Shown one piece after another: positions 39,021 through 49,688 of a DNA stretch of 64,000 nucleotides; position 1 is the stretch's first letter; every line of letters begins with the position of its first letter. The position numbers and the translations under genes are program-made. The notes under the pieces are model-generated. The model was not told the origin of the DNA and made no database searches. It saw only the letters and a program-made list of their open reading frames with translations. This stretch comes from an uncultured Thermoplasmata archaeon (GTDB lineage: Archaea > Thermoplasmatota > Thermoplasmata > Lutacidiplasmatales > UBA184): assembly GCA_963787975.1 (NCBI GenBank), contig CAWBEU010000008.1, positions 125,369 to 189,368 on the forward strand, given 5' to 3'.

Positions 39021-39806
39021 ATGCCGGCCGCCGGCGAGACGCTCATCGAAGGAATTGACCGCGCGTGGCTAGGGGCGCAGGCCGAAGCCGATCCGGTCAC
39101 GCATGCATGGGCCGTGTGGGACCTCGACCATGAACCCGGACGTTTCCGACTCGTCTCTCTGGTTCGCGAGGGACACACGATTGGATACCTCCTCATTTGG
39201 TACGCCGGAGGGGTCCCCCGGGTCCATTGGGTCAGTAGCGACCCGGTCGATGGCCTGCTGGCACTCGGGCTCCCTCTGCCCCCGGTCATTGCCATCGTAC
39301 CCGAACGCGTGGCCACCGCAGTCGGCGAACGGCTTCACTCGACGAAGACGTACCCGCTGGACGTGCTGGTGTGCGCGGGCCGAACGTTGACTCCACCGGA
39401 CCCGCGCGTCCGCCGGCTCCGTTCTCCCGACACGGCGGCCCTGACCGAGATGATCGCCCGGAACCCGGGGATGGAGACGGCGAGCTATGCGACCGTGAAT
39501 CTCGAAAGCGCCAGCGTCTGGGGAGCCTTCGAGGCGAATCGTCTCGTCGCGGCGGCGCGGATCGCAGGACAACTCCCCGTCGTGTGGATCATTACCGGCG
39601 TCTTCACGGACCCCACGTTCCGGGGCAGAGGACTGGGCCGTGAGGTGACGGCGGCGGTCACGGCGGATGCGCTCGCGGCCGGTGCCCAGGCGGCGCTCTA
39701 TGTCCGGGCCGACAACGCCGCGGCGCAGACCATCTACCGGGAGGTCGGATTCGAGCGCGTCGACCGACGGATCTGGATCGATGCAGGCGCTGGCGTGGCA
39801 CCCTAG
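39021..39806 (+). CDS. GNAT (FR47-like) acetyltransferase
   Basis: GVFTDPTFRGRGLG, NAAAQTIYREVGF. Confidence 0.88.
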   Translation: MPAAGETLIEGIDRAWLGAQAEADPVTHAWAVWDLDHEPGRFRLVSLVREGHTIGYLLIWYAGGVPRVHWVSSDPVDGLLALGLPLPPVIAIVPERVATAVGERLHSTKTYPLDVLVCAGRTLTPPDPRVRRLRSPDTAALTEMIARNPGMETASYATVNLESASVWGAFEANRLVAAARIAGQLPVVWIITGVFTDPTFRGRGLGREVTAAVTADALAAGAQAALYVRADNAAAQTIYREVGFERVDRRIWIDAGAGVAP

Positions 39807-39852
39807 AACCCCACCGTTTTTGACCCCGCCCAACTTCCCAGAGAGCATCACG

Positions 39853-41556
39853 ATGTCAACGAACACCGAGGTCGCAGAGATCTTCTACGCGATGGCGGAT
39901 CTGCTCGATCTCCAGGGCACGCGATTCAAACCGGACGCGTACCGGCGAGCGGCTCGGTCCATCGAGTCCCTCGGGGAGGACCTCCGCAAGGTGGCGCAGC
40001 GCGGGGCGCTCGACCAGATCCCCGGAGTAGGGGAGCAGCTCCGAGAGAAGATCAACGAGTACCTTCGGACGGGGAAGATCTCCGCCTACGACAAGCTTCG
40101 AGCGGCGTTTCCTCCCGGTGTGCTGCAGCTGATGGCGATTCCCGGAATCGGCCCGAAGACCACCGGGCGATTCTACATGGAGCTCCACATCGATAGTCCG
40201 GCCGCCCTCGCCGACGCCATCGACCAGGGTCGACTGAACGGCCTCCCAGGGTTCGGTCCTCGCAAAATCGAGAAGCTCCGCGATGCGCTGCGAGCCGTCG
40301 CAGCTGCGCCGCCACCGACCCGCATCCCTCTGCTCGCCGCGTGGCGATTGGCCCGGTCGATCCTGCAGGAGCTCTCCCGCCGGACGCCGGTCGACAACAT
40401 CGAGATTGCCGGCAGCGTGCGCCGGTGCCGCGAGAACTGCGGCGACCTCGACCTTCTGGCCACCTCGGCCCGGCCGCCGGAGACGATCGCGGTCTTCGCG
40501 GGCCTGGCCGGCGTCCGCCAGGTGGTCATGCAAGGAGACACCCGAGCCACGGTGATCCACGATCCGGGGATCCAGATCGACCTGCGTGTCGTGGAGCCCG
40601 TCAGCTTCGGGGCCGCGTGGCAGTACTTCACCGGCTCGAAGGACCACAACATCCACCTCCGGACCCTCGCGCGCGACAAGGGGCTCAAGATCAACGAGTA
40701 CGGCGTGTTCCGAGGAGAGAAGCGGATCGCGGGAGCCACCGAAGCGGAGGTCTATGCCGCGATGGAGATGCAGTGGATGCCGCCCGAGATACGGGAGAAC
40801 CAGGGAGAGATCGAAGCTGCACTACGGAAGCAAATTCCGGCCCTTATCCAGATGGAACAGGTCCGCGGGGAGCTCCATCGGCACGTCCCCGACGCTCCCG
40901 ACCTGAAGTGGATGAAAGATCTCGTGGCCGACGCTCGCCGTCGGAAGCTCCAGTATCTCGGGTTGGTCGTGTCCGCCGGGGGCAGCGCGGCCTCCCATCG
41001 ACCGCTCGTCGAGGAGGTGCGGCGGTTGTGGATCGATGCGCAGCCCGAGAACCTCCGGCTCCAGGTGGGATGGGAAGTCGTGCTGGGCAAAATGATGGAC
41101 CCGCCGGACCCGGAGTCTCTTTTCGATTACGTCATCAGCATTCCCGAGAAGCGGGGGACTGTCATCTCCCCTAAGCCTGCGACGAGCCGGCTGTTGCGGC
41201 GACCGGCGTTCGTGGGTCACCTCTCGTTCGCCCCGCCCGGCGGCGAAGCTCCCCGGGAAGCAGCCGAGCCCTGGATCGAGTGGTGCAAAGAGAACGGCGT
41301 AGCGCTCGAAGTGACGCCCGCGGGCGCCGAAGACGGCCTGGACGCGGGCGCGGCTCGCTGGGCGCACGAGGCGGGTGTCGCGCTCGTTCTCAGCGCGGGG
41401 GCCGGAGACCTTTCCGAACTCGAGCTGTCCGTCTGCCGGGCCCGACGCGGGTGGGTTCCTCCCGAGGCCGTGCTCAACTCACGGGCCGACGGGGCTGGAG
41501 CGTCCGTCCCGAAGGGGTCGACACCGAAGAGATCGGCCCCGGCCGCCCGAAAGTAA
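39853..41556 (+). CDS. polX: Family X DNA polymerase with degenerate PHP domain
   Basis: AYRRAA, IPGIGPKT, AGSVRR..GDLDLL, QIDLR, YFTGSKDHNI, NEYG, PPEIRE. Confidence 0.93.
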   Translation: MSTNTEVAEIFYAMADLLDLQGTRFKPDAYRRAARSIESLGEDLRKVAQRGALDQIPGVGEQLREKINEYLRTGKISAYDKLRAAFPPGVLQLMAIPGIGPKTTGRFYMELHIDSPAALADAIDQGRLNGLPGFGPRKIEKLRDALRAVAAAPPPTRIPLLAAWRLARSILQELSRRTPVDNIEIAGSVRRCRENCGDLDLLATSARPPETIAVFAGLAGVRQVVMQGDTRATVIHDPGIQIDLRVVEPVSFGAAWQYFTGSKDHNIHLRTLARDKGLKINEYGVFRGEKRIAGATEAEVYAAMEMQWMPPEIRENQGEIEAALRKQIPALIQMEQVRGELHRHVPDAPDLKWMKDLVADARRRKLQYLGLVVSAGGSAASHRPLVEEVRRLWIDAQPENLRLQVGWEVVLGKMMDPPDPESLFDYVISIPEKRGTVISPKPATSRLLRRPAFVGHLSFAPPGGEAPREAAEPWIEWCKENGVALEVTPAGAEDGLDAGAARWAHEAGVALVLSAGAGDLSELELSVCRARRGWVPPEAVLNSRADGAGASVPKGSTPKRSAPAARK

Positions 41557-42391
41557 CGGCTGGCGCCAACGGTCGGGGGACCGACCGGTCTTGGAAACAG
41601 ATGATGCAGAGGTGCGCCTGCGGGCCGGAAGAGATACGCCAGTAGCAGCGCTCACACAACGCCCGTCCGCAGTCAGCGCATGGCTCGAACTGCGGCGGCG
41701 AGCCGAGCGGGTCCCCGCAGTCGTTGCATCGGCGAGCGACCGACGTCGTGGAAGGGATCGAGGGGGGAGTTGGTATGCGTGTCAGCCGGAGAAGGAGTTG
41801 GGAGGCGAGCGGCGGATGCTCGGTAGGAGGGGCTGGACGGGTGCCCGGGGAGGGGCTCGCCGGCGCGACGCGCTGGAGTGCATCCATTCGATCCACGAGA
41901 CGGGAGACCGTCTGTCCAGGGATGGGAACCAGCGATGGAGCGATGGCCGCGGGTTCTTCCGCGAAGGGAATCAGGAGCGTAGAACCGTCCGGACTGGCGG
42001 CCGCGAGCCCGGCCGGGGCCCTAGCCACAGGGATTGGGGGGAGCGGAGTCACTGCTGCAGGCTCGGAGGGGGGAGAGGGAGCCGGAAGCGCCGAGTCCTC
42101 GCCCACTATGGCGGGCAAGGTCATCAGGCTGGGGTCCGAGGAGGAATCGCCGGGTCGGGTCGGGGCGGGAAGGCTCGTGACGGGTTTCCGGCGCTCGAGG
42201 GCGAGGGTGACGAGCGAAACGCACAGCACGATGATGCCTGCGCCCACGAACACGAGCTCCAGGAGGGGGTTCCGCAGGACCACAGGAGCCCTGCGCCACT
42301 GGAGACCCAGGGCGCCGAGGGCCAGGAGGGCGGCGCCGGCGAAGATCATCCCGCCTAAGCGCGCCGGCTGCCCCGCCTCTGGTCCCCTCAT
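41474..42391 (-). CDS. Membrane protein with Pro-rich linker and C-terminal Zn-finger
   Basis: Two TM segments; CNDC..CADC..LCERC..HLCIIC. Confidence 0.7.
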   Translation of the reverse strand: MRGPEAGQPARLGGMIFAGAALLALGALGLQWRRAPVVLRNPLLELVFVGAGIIVLCVSLVTLALERRKPVTSLPAPTRPGDSSSDPSLMTLPAIVGEDSALPAPSPPSEPAAVTPLPPIPVARAPAGLAAASPDGSTLLIPFAEEPAAIAPSLVPIPGQTVSRLVDRMDALQRVAPASPSPGTRPAPPTEHPPLASQLLLRLTRIPTPPSIPSTTSVARRCNDCGDPLGSPPQFEPCADCGRALCERCYWRISSGPQAHLCIICFQDRSVPRPLAPAVTFGRPGPISSVSTPSGRTLQPRRPVS

Positions 42392-42547
42392 GACTGGCTC
42401 GAAGGCCCTTAGGGGGTACCCGACCCCCTTCGAAAGGGTTGTGTTTGTCCTGGAAGGAAGCTGCGGGTGCGAGTCCACGACGAAATTCATGTACCGGAGC
42501 CGCGGGCTCGCTGACACGTGTACGTCCGCCCGCGCTATCGCCGCACC

Positions 42548-42895
42548 GTGCCTTCCGAGGGGGGTGAATCGACCCCTCCGCCGGCCACGGAACAGATCCA
42601 GCAGCGGTCCCACATCGCGATCATTCCGGCCCTGATCTTGCTCGCCGTGGGTTGGTACCTCGCCCGCTACTCAATCATCTTCCCCGCGGTCATCGGGTTC
42701 TTCCTGCTCAGCGGGGCGCTGGGGCTGCTGGGCTCGCGGCTGAATCCCCTGTCGACCGCGTTCTACCTCACGACGAAACCGTCGTGGACGGCGATCGGGG
42801 CGGTGTTCCTGACGGGGGCGGTGCTGCTGTGGATGACCTACGAGTACTACGTTCACGCCTGGGGACCCCTCATCCCCCGGCTCCCGGCCTTCTGA
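42548..42895 (+). CDS. Small membrane protein
   Basis: Three hydrophobic segments; start uncertain. Confidence 0.6.
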   Translation: MPSEGGESTPPPATEQIQQRSHIAIIPALILLAVGWYLARYSIIFPAVIGFFLLSGALGLLGSRLNPLSTAFYLTTKPSWTAIGAVFLTGAVLLWMTYEYYVHAWGPLIPRLPAF

Positions 42896-42905
42896 CCGCC
42901 GAGTC

Positions 42906-43811
42906 CTAGGCGGCAATCATTCGCTCGAGGGCCTGACGGGCCTTCGCTGCGATGGGCGCCGGCACGTCGATGACATACTGCATCTGGGCGAGCGAGTCCC
43001 GGACATCGGTCAGGTCGATCTCCTTCATGTAAGGGCAAATGGCCCCGCGGGAGAGGGGCAGGAACTCCGTGGTTGGGTTGAGCTTCTGCATCCGGTGGAG
43101 AATCCCGACCTCGGTCGCGACGATCACCGTCGGCGCTCGTGTTTCCTCGGCGAATCGGACCATTCCGTCCGTCGAAAGCACCCGGTCCACGCTGGCGAGC
43201 GCGGCGCTGGCGCATCCGCACTCGGGGTGGGCGATGACGGGCGCCCCGGGATGGGCGAGGCGGGCCCGGTCAATCTCCTCGGGTCGCATCTTGGCGTGCA
43301 CCGGGCAATCCCCGGCCCAGAGGTGCATCTTGCGGCCGGTCTTCCGGCGCACGTAGTCCCCGAGGAACATGTCCGGCAGGAACAGGATCTCCTGGTCCGG
43401 CGGCAGGGCGTTCACGGTCTTGATCGCGTTCGAGCTGGTGCAGATGTAGTCGGACTCGGCCTTGACATCGGCCGACGTATTGATGTAGGACACCACAACG
43501 GCGCCCGGGTGGTCCGCCTTCCAGGCCCGGAGCAGGTCCGCCGTGATCGAATCGGCGAGGCCGCACCCGGCCTTCAGGTCGGGCAGCAGGACGGTCTTGG
43601 TGGGGTTCAGGATCTTGGCCGTCTCGGCCATGAACTGGACGCCGGCGAACACGATGACCGGACGGTCGGTCTCGGCGGCTTTCCGGGACAGGTAGAGAGA
43701 GTCGCCGACGAAGTCGGCGACGTCCTGGACGTCGGGGAGCTGGTAGTTATGGGCGAGCAGGACGGCCTGGCGCTCCTCCTTGAGCCGGCGAATCTCCTCC
43801 TCGAGCGACAT
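42906..43811 (-). CDS. nadA: Quinolinate synthase
   Basis: LAHNYQ, GDSL, FMAETAKIL, YINTSA, CTSSNA, CPVH, AHPEC, CPYMK. Confidence 0.97.
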   Translation of the reverse strand: MSLEEEIRRLKEERQAVLLAHNYQLPDVQDVADFVGDSLYLSRKAAETDRPVIVFAGVQFMAETAKILNPTKTVLLPDLKAGCGLADSITADLLRAWKADHPGAVVVSYINTSADVKAESDYICTSSNAIKTVNALPPDQEILFLPDMFLGDYVRRKTGRKMHLWAGDCPVHAKMRPEEIDRARLAHPGAPVIAHPECGCASAALASVDRVLSTDGMVRFAEETRAPTVIVATEVGILHRMQKLNPTTEFLPLSRGAICPYMKEIDLTDVRDSLAQMQYVIDVPAPIAAKARQALERMIAA

Positions 43812-43870
43812 GTCCCTCCCCGTGGTACGAGGACGACGAGACGGCTCTTAAGGGGGGTGTGACGGGAGCG

Positions 43871-44771
43871 CTATCCCGGGGAGCCCCGCCGCCGGGTTCC
43901 CAGGGTTAGATGGAACGGTAACGCGGGAGCGGAATGGGTCAGGCGCCCCAGGCTGGCCGCGTCGGCGCCCGAACGGGCGTAGGCGGCGATGTTCCTCGGA
44001 CCTATCCCGCCGGACGCTTCGACCTCGACAGCGGCGCCTCCCCGGGCCCGGCGGATCCCCCGAACGATCCGGGCCACGGTCGCCGGAGATTGGTTATCGA
44101 TCAAGAGGCGCCGGGCGCCGGCGGCGACGGCCGAGCGGGCCTGCTCCAGTGAATGGACCTCTACCTGGAGGCGGTCGGGGGAACGGAGGCGGGCCCGTGC
44201 GCGGCGAACGGCGACGTCCAACGGGACCAGCGCGAGATGGGTGCTCTTGATCGAACCCGGCGCTCGAAAGGTCCCGACGGTGGGGCTCGCCTCCCCCGTG
44301 CACGACGGCGGCCTTCTCCAGGTCCCGAAGTCCGGGGAGGGTCTTCCGGGTCGCTCGGATGCGGAATCCCGACCGGCTCCGCCGGGCGGTCCGCACGATG
44401 TTCGCCGTCTCGGTGGCGACGCCCGACAGGTGCATCAGGAGGTTGAGGAGCGTGCGTTCGACCGCGAGGATACGGCGAAGGTCGCCGGACAGCTCGAGGA
44501 CCACCGTTCCCGGACGCACCTCGGAACCCTCGGTGAGGCGGGAGGAGCTTCGGAGGCCTCCGATGCGGGCCAGCTCTTGGGCCGCGGTCAGGCCGGAGAG
44601 CACGCCGCGGCGTTGGGCGATCACCTGAGCTCTGCCAGGGAGGCTCCTAGGGAGGACGGCCCGGGTCGTCACGTCGTTCGTCCAACGGTCCTCCTTCAGG
44701 GCCCGACGCAGCAGCGCGGTAGTTCCCGGGGGCAATCGGGCCCGGCCGGCCCTACGCGGTGGGGGGCTCAC
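43871..44771 (-). CDS. nadC: Quinolinate phosphoribosyltransferase (frameshift near 44255)
   Basis: ERTLLN..SGVAT, TRKTLPGLR, HRRDLS in one frame; QVEV, LLIDN, EASGGI, SLGRLTHSA in another. Confidence 0.92.
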
Positions 44772-47187
44772 GTTCCCCCTCCCGCTCCACGACCTTCCGT
44801 TCCAGACCACGATAATCCTCGAGCAGGTCTGGCCGTAGGCGGGAGAGCGCGCGTCGGTCGAGCTCGCGGATCTTCTCCCGGGCCGCCGCCAGCTCGCCTC
44901 GAGCCAGGTCGACCTCGGCGAGGCGCATCACGACCTCCACTTCGTCGCCCGGGAGGCGCTCCTCCCGGAACAGACGGGCGGCTTCCTCGAGTGCCTGGGT
45001 CGCGAGCTCGAGCTCGCCGGCGAGAAGATGCAGTTTCCCTTCGTTGAGGTACGTCTGACCGAGGCCGAACCGGTCCCCGATGCCCTCGAGGAGCTCGCGC
45101 GCCGTCTGGTTATGCCGTTCGGCCTCGGGTAGCCGCTGCCGGAGCCGTTCCAGGTCCGCGATGTTGAAGTGCGCCCAGCCCAGCCGACGCAGGTCGTGGG
45201 CCCGGTCCGCCAGCTCCGCGGCGATGACGAGCTCTTCGAGCCCTTGGTCCACCTCCCCGTGCTGGCTCAGGACCACTCCGTGACACAGGTATGCGTAGGC
45301 CGCCTCCGCGTTGTCCCCCAGGTCCCGCAGGGTTTCGCCGGCCTCGTGGTAGAGCGCCAGGGACTCCACTTCGCGGCCCGGCGTCATCGAGAGCACGTTG
45401 GCCAGTCGCACCCGCTGGATGGCGACCTCGTGAGGATTGCCGGTCGCCTCCGCCGCCGAAAGCGCCTCCTGCTGATGGGTGAGCGCCTCGCCGTACTCGG
45501 CGCGATAGAACAGGATCTCCCCCCGGAGCCGGAGGCCGTAGACCTTGAGCATCGGGTCCGTGGCCGCCTCGATGCTCGGTAGGGTATCCTGCATCGTATG
45601 GTCGGCCTCGTCCCACCGGCCTTGGTCGGCCAGGATCCGACCGAGCAGGAGACCGAAGAGGGCGCGCTGGTCGGGAGTGGCGGCGGTGAGGACCGTTGGC
45701 CGGGCGAGGGTCTCCCGGAGGAGCTGTTCCGCCCGCTTGAGTTCCCCGACGCGGTCCCGCTCGAGGGCGATCTGGAGCACCAGGTCGAGCTCTCCGGGCA
45801 GGTCTTCCGGGAAGGCGCGGCGGTGCGCCTCGAGCGCCTGCTCGTAGTGCACCAGCGCGACGTTCGAGCTATGGGCTCGTCGGGCGAACTCGGCGGCGCG
45901 TCGGTTGAAATCGACGGCCTTCGCGTCGACGCGACCCAGGTAGTAGTGCCGCGCGAGGGAGAAGATCGTCGCCAGGTCGGCGGCGCCGATCGCCTCGATC
46001 GCCTCGCCGACCCGTCGATGCAGTAGCCGAAGTCGCGGGCCCGTCAGACGGGAGTAGAGCTCGAACCGAACATCCTCGCGCAGAAACTCGAACACCTCGC
46101 CCGGCTTCTCACGGAGGATCCCTACCTCGACGAGCCGCTCGACCTCCTCCGCCAGGCTTTCCTCGTCCTGGCCGGTCGCCTTGATCAGCAACGGGAACGA
46201 GACGTCACGGCCTGCCACGGCGGCGAGGGTCAACAGCTTCAGCTCCGGCTCCGTTATTTCCTGCAGCAACGCGCGGGGCTCGAGCGACAGTCGCCGCTCA
46301 TCCTCCGCCCGGCTGGGACCCCGGAAGGCCGCTTCGCGGCCTCGGATGAGTTGCTCGAGCAACACGGGGACGCCTCCGGTGGCCTCGAACCATCCGCTGA
46401 CCTCCGTGGCATGAACCTCGCGCTTGGGATCCACCCAGCGGACGAACTCGGGAACCTCGCGCTCGGTGAACGGCCGAAGGGTGAGACGCTCGGCCTGGCC
46501 GGCCCGGACCCATTCCTCCACCGAGGATTCGAGCTCGGCCGGGAGACGGCCCGACGGAAGCGAGGTCGCGAACAGCCACAAGGGACGTTCGGCGAGCTTG
46601 GGGACGAAGAAGCCGAGAAACTCGATGGTCGCCGGGTCGACGAACTGCAGGTCATCGATCGCCAGCAGGACGGGGCCCGACCGCGCCGCGAGGAGGAGCG
46701 GCTCCGCGAAGCCTTCGTAGAGCCGCTGACGGTTCGAGCGGACATCCCCCGCCCCTTCGCTCGACGAAAGAAGGTGCGCCGCGAGCGGGGGGAGGTCGGT
46801 CCGGCCGCGTTCCGCCTCCGGAAGGAACCCCAACGGCTCTCCCGCCGCACCCGCCGTGCTGGCGAACTGGCCCAGGGAGGGGGGAACCTCGGCCGGGCTC
46901 CGCGAGGCCGCCTCCTCGTCGGCCTGAGGCCGCAGGATGGCTTCCTGTAGGACGAGGAACGGGGGCGGGTTCTCGAGGGAGGGAGCCCGTGCGTGGAAGA
47001 CCCGGAACCCGACGCGCTCGCTCTCTTCGACCAGGGCGGCAAAGAAGGAGGACTTTCCCACCCCGTTCGTGCCCTCGAGAAGGGTGAGGCCTCCCGCGCC
47101 GCCACGAGCGCGCTCCCGGCGGCGGAGGATGGCGTTCCAGACCTCCACCCGGCCAATGGGCGGGATCGAAGAGGGCCGGCTCTGCAT
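44752..47187 (-). CDS. STAND-like P-loop ATPase (AAA_16) with C-terminal TPRs, paralogue 1
   Basis: GTNGVGKS, LLAIDDLQFVD, TGGVP (GxP), winged-helix ..LLHRRVGE, TPR array. Confidence 0.88.
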   Translation of the reverse strand: MQSRPSSIPPIGRVEVWNAILRRRERARGGAGGLTLLEGTNGVGKSSFFAALVEESERVGFRVFHARAPSLENPPPFLVLQEAILRPQADEEAASRSPAEVPPSLGQFASTAGAAGEPLGFLPEAERGRTDLPPLAAHLLSSSEGAGDVRSNRQRLYEGFAEPLLLAARSGPVLLAIDDLQFVDPATIEFLGFFVPKLAERPLWLFATSLPSGRLPAELESSVEEWVRAGQAERLTLRPFTEREVPEFVRWVDPKREVHATEVSGWFEATGGVPVLLEQLIRGREAAFRGPSRAEDERRLSLEPRALLQEITEPELKLLTLAAVAGRDVSFPLLIKATGQDEESLAEEVERLVEVGILREKPGEVFEFLREDVRFELYSRLTGPRLRLLHRRVGEAIEAIGAADLATIFSLARHYYLGRVDAKAVDFNRRAAEFARRAHSSNVALVHYEQALEAHRRAFPEDLPGELDLVLQIALERDRVGELKRAEQLLRETLARPTVLTAATPDQRALFGLLLGRILADQGRWDEADHTMQDTLPSIEAATDPMLKVYGLRLRGEILFYRAEYGEALTHQQEALSAAEATGNPHEVAIQRVRLANVLSMTPGREVESLALYHEAGETLRDLGDNAEAAYAYLCHGVVLSQHGEVDQGLEELVIAAELADRAHDLRRLGWAHFNIADLERLRQRLPEAERHNQTARELLEGIGDRFGLGQTYLNEGKLHLLAGELELATQALEEAARLFREERLPGDEVEVVMRLAEVDLARGELAAAREKIRELDRRALSRLRPDLLEDYRGLERKVVEREGEREPPTA

Positions 47188-47268
47188 CTTCCTCACTATC
47201 GGCGAAGCCGGCCTATATCACAATAGCCTCTTAGGAAGTCGGCGGCTGCCGGCGCTCCGAGGGCCTGG

Positions 47269-49665
47269 CTATCCCGGAAGACGGGCCCGGAGCTGCTCCA
47301 TATCGCGTGTCAGGTCGGGTCGGAGCTCCGACAGTCGACGTCGTTCGAGGTCGGCCAGCTGCTCCCGAACGCGGGACCAGTTCTCGCGGGTGGCCTCGAC
47401 TTCGCCCAGGCGAAGGAGCACCTCGACGATGTCGGCTTCCATGTTCTGCTCCTCGAAGATCGTGAGGGCCTCTCGCAACGCCTGCTCGGCCCCGTCGGGG
47501 TCGTTCCGCGACCGCCGGATCTTGCCCTCGTAGACGTAGGTCTGGGCGAGCCCGAACCGGTCGCCGACGCGTTCGAGCTGCTCCCGGGCCTCGCGGTTGT
47601 GGGCCTCCGCCTCGTCGAGACGATTCAGGTCGTGGAGGGTATCGGCGATGTCGAAGAGGGCCCACCCCATGCGCCGGGGGTCGTTGGCCTCCCTCGCGAG
47701 GCGAAGGGCTCGTTCGAAGGCGGCGAGGGTGAGCTCGGGCTGGCGGGTCATCCCGAGGGCCACCCCGATGTAGATGTGCGCCTCGGCGGCCTCGGCCTTC
47801 TCCCCCATCTGCTCGAGCGAGGCCGCGGCGGCCCGCAATCGGTCGATCGAGGCCTCGAGCTCCCCGGGCCGCATCGAGAGGGACCGCGCGTAGCGCACCT
47901 CTTCCAGGAGCGTCTCCCGGACATCGCCCATCTCTTTCGTCGTGGCGAGCCCCTCGGCGTGGTACTTGAGCGCCCCCGGATAATCTCCCCGGAAATAGGC
48001 CAACTCGCCGGCGAGGCGCACGGCGACCAGGCGAACCGGCGGCTCCCATTCCTGCTCGCCGCGCAGCCGGATGAGCTCGCTCACCAGATGGTCGGCCTCC
48101 TCCCATCGGCCCTGGTCCGAGCGGACCAAGGCGAGGTAGAGCGGCAGCAGGTCCTTCTGCCGGGGCGTCGCGGCGGCCATCATGTCCGACCGGTCGGTGA
48201 TCTGCCGCACGGCCCGCTCGGCCCGCTCCAGCTCGCCGACGCGACGGAGCTGTCGGACCATCTCCAGCAGGAGGTCGATCTCCTCCGTCAGGTGGTCGGC
48301 CCGGCATCGGCGATGCGCTTCGAGCGCCCGCTCGAGATGTATGAGCGCCACGCCGGGCAGGTAGGCATCGGCGGCGAACCGGGCGGCCATGCCATTGTAC
48401 TCGAGCGACTTCGGGTCGACGCGGCCCAGGTGGAAGTGACGGGCTAGGGCGAACACCGAGTCGACCTCCTTGGGGCCCGCGGCCTCGATCGCCTCGGCGA
48501 CCCGGCGGTGAAGGATCCGCCGACGCGTTTCGGTGAGGCTAGCATACAGCTCCTCGCGGAGCTCCGTCCGCTGGAACTCAAAGACCTCGTTCTCGGTCTC
48601 CCGGAGCAGGCCCTGGTGCACCAGGCGCTCGACCGTCTCGGCGAGCGCCTCTTCGTTCTCGTCGGTGGTCCGGGTGAGGATGGCGAACCGGCTCTTCGGC
48701 CCGAGGACGGCGGCGATCGTGAGGATCCGTCGTTCGCTCTCGGAGAGGGAGCGGATCTGGTGGCGGAGGAGCTCCGCCGGGTCGCCGGGCGACACCGGCC
48801 CCGTGGGTTCCTGTACCGGCGAGACGTTGATCAATTGCTCGAGGAATAACGGGTTTCCGGCGGTCTGGGCGAACCAGCGGTGCACCTGTTCCGGGGGCGT
48901 GATCCGGTCCGGATTCGCCCACCGCACGAAGTCCACGACCTCCCGCTCGTTGAGCGGTCGCACGATGTGCCGACGCGCCCCCGACGCGGCCAGTCGTTCG
49001 AAGCTCGCCCGGACGCGGAGTTCCAGACGCTCGAACGGCGGCGTAGTGCCGATCCACCAGAGCCGCTGCGACTCCAGACGGGGGGCGATGAACTCGAGGA
49101 AATCGAGCGACCCTTCGTCGGCCCACTGAAGGTCCTCGATCGCGACCAACACCGGGACCTGTTCGGCGAGGGCGAAGAACGGCGTGGCCATCTCCTCCAT
49201 CAGTTGGAGACGATCTGCCTGGAACGAGTCGCCCAGCGCGACCGAACGGAACAGGGAGGTGACCTCGCCGGATCCCCCAGGCCCCCGCGCCGCGGCCGGT
49301 GCCCCGCCCACTCCGAAGGCGATGCTCGTCGTGACCATCGGTTGAGCCACGTACGGGAACGTGAAGGAGGAGTCGGCGGTCGCGCCGAGCGCCGCCGCTT
49401 CTCGGTCAACGGCCCGGACCACGGCCCGGATGAGCTGGAAGGGGGCAGGGGCTTGCGGCTCAGAGCGGGCCGACACCACCCGGAAGTCGTGGAGGGCGCT
49501 CTCCTGGGCGATGGCGTTCAGAATCGTCGATTTGCCGACGCCGGTGTCGCCTTCCAGGAAGGTGATGCCGCCCTCCCCGCGCAGGACCTCCTCGCGGCGG
49601 CGGACCAGGGCCTGGTAGAGATCGGCGCGCCCGATGAGCGGACGATCGGGCCGGGTCGCTTCCAT
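47269..49665 (-). CDS. STAND-like P-loop ATPase (AAA_16) with C-terminal TPRs, paralogue 2
   Basis: GDTGVGKS, VAIEDLQWAD, TAGNPLFL, ILHRRVAE, TPR array. Confidence 0.88.
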   Translation of the reverse strand: MEATRPDRPLIGRADLYQALVRRREEVLRGEGGITFLEGDTGVGKSTILNAIAQESALHDFRVVSARSEPQAPAPFQLIRAVVRAVDREAAALGATADSSFTFPYVAQPMVTTSIAFGVGGAPAAARGPGGSGEVTSLFRSVALGDSFQADRLQLMEEMATPFFALAEQVPVLVAIEDLQWADEGSLDFLEFIAPRLESQRLWWIGTTPPFERLELRVRASFERLAASGARRHIVRPLNEREVVDFVRWANPDRITPPEQVHRWFAQTAGNPLFLEQLINVSPVQEPTGPVSPGDPAELLRHQIRSLSESERRILTIAAVLGPKSRFAILTRTTDENEEALAETVERLVHQGLLRETENEVFEFQRTELREELYASLTETRRRILHRRVAEAIEAAGPKEVDSVFALARHFHLGRVDPKSLEYNGMAARFAADAYLPGVALIHLERALEAHRRCRADHLTEEIDLLLEMVRQLRRVGELERAERAVRQITDRSDMMAAATPRQKDLLPLYLALVRSDQGRWEEADHLVSELIRLRGEQEWEPPVRLVAVRLAGELAYFRGDYPGALKYHAEGLATTKEMGDVRETLLEEVRYARSLSMRPGELEASIDRLRAAAASLEQMGEKAEAAEAHIYIGVALGMTRQPELTLAAFERALRLAREANDPRRMGWALFDIADTLHDLNRLDEAEAHNREAREQLERVGDRFGLAQTYVYEGKIRRSRNDPDGAEQALREALTIFEEQNMEADIVEVLLRLGEVEATRENWSRVREQLADLERRRLSELRPDLTRDMEQLRARLPG

Positions 49666-49688
49666 CGATGCAGGATGGGCATCCGGGA

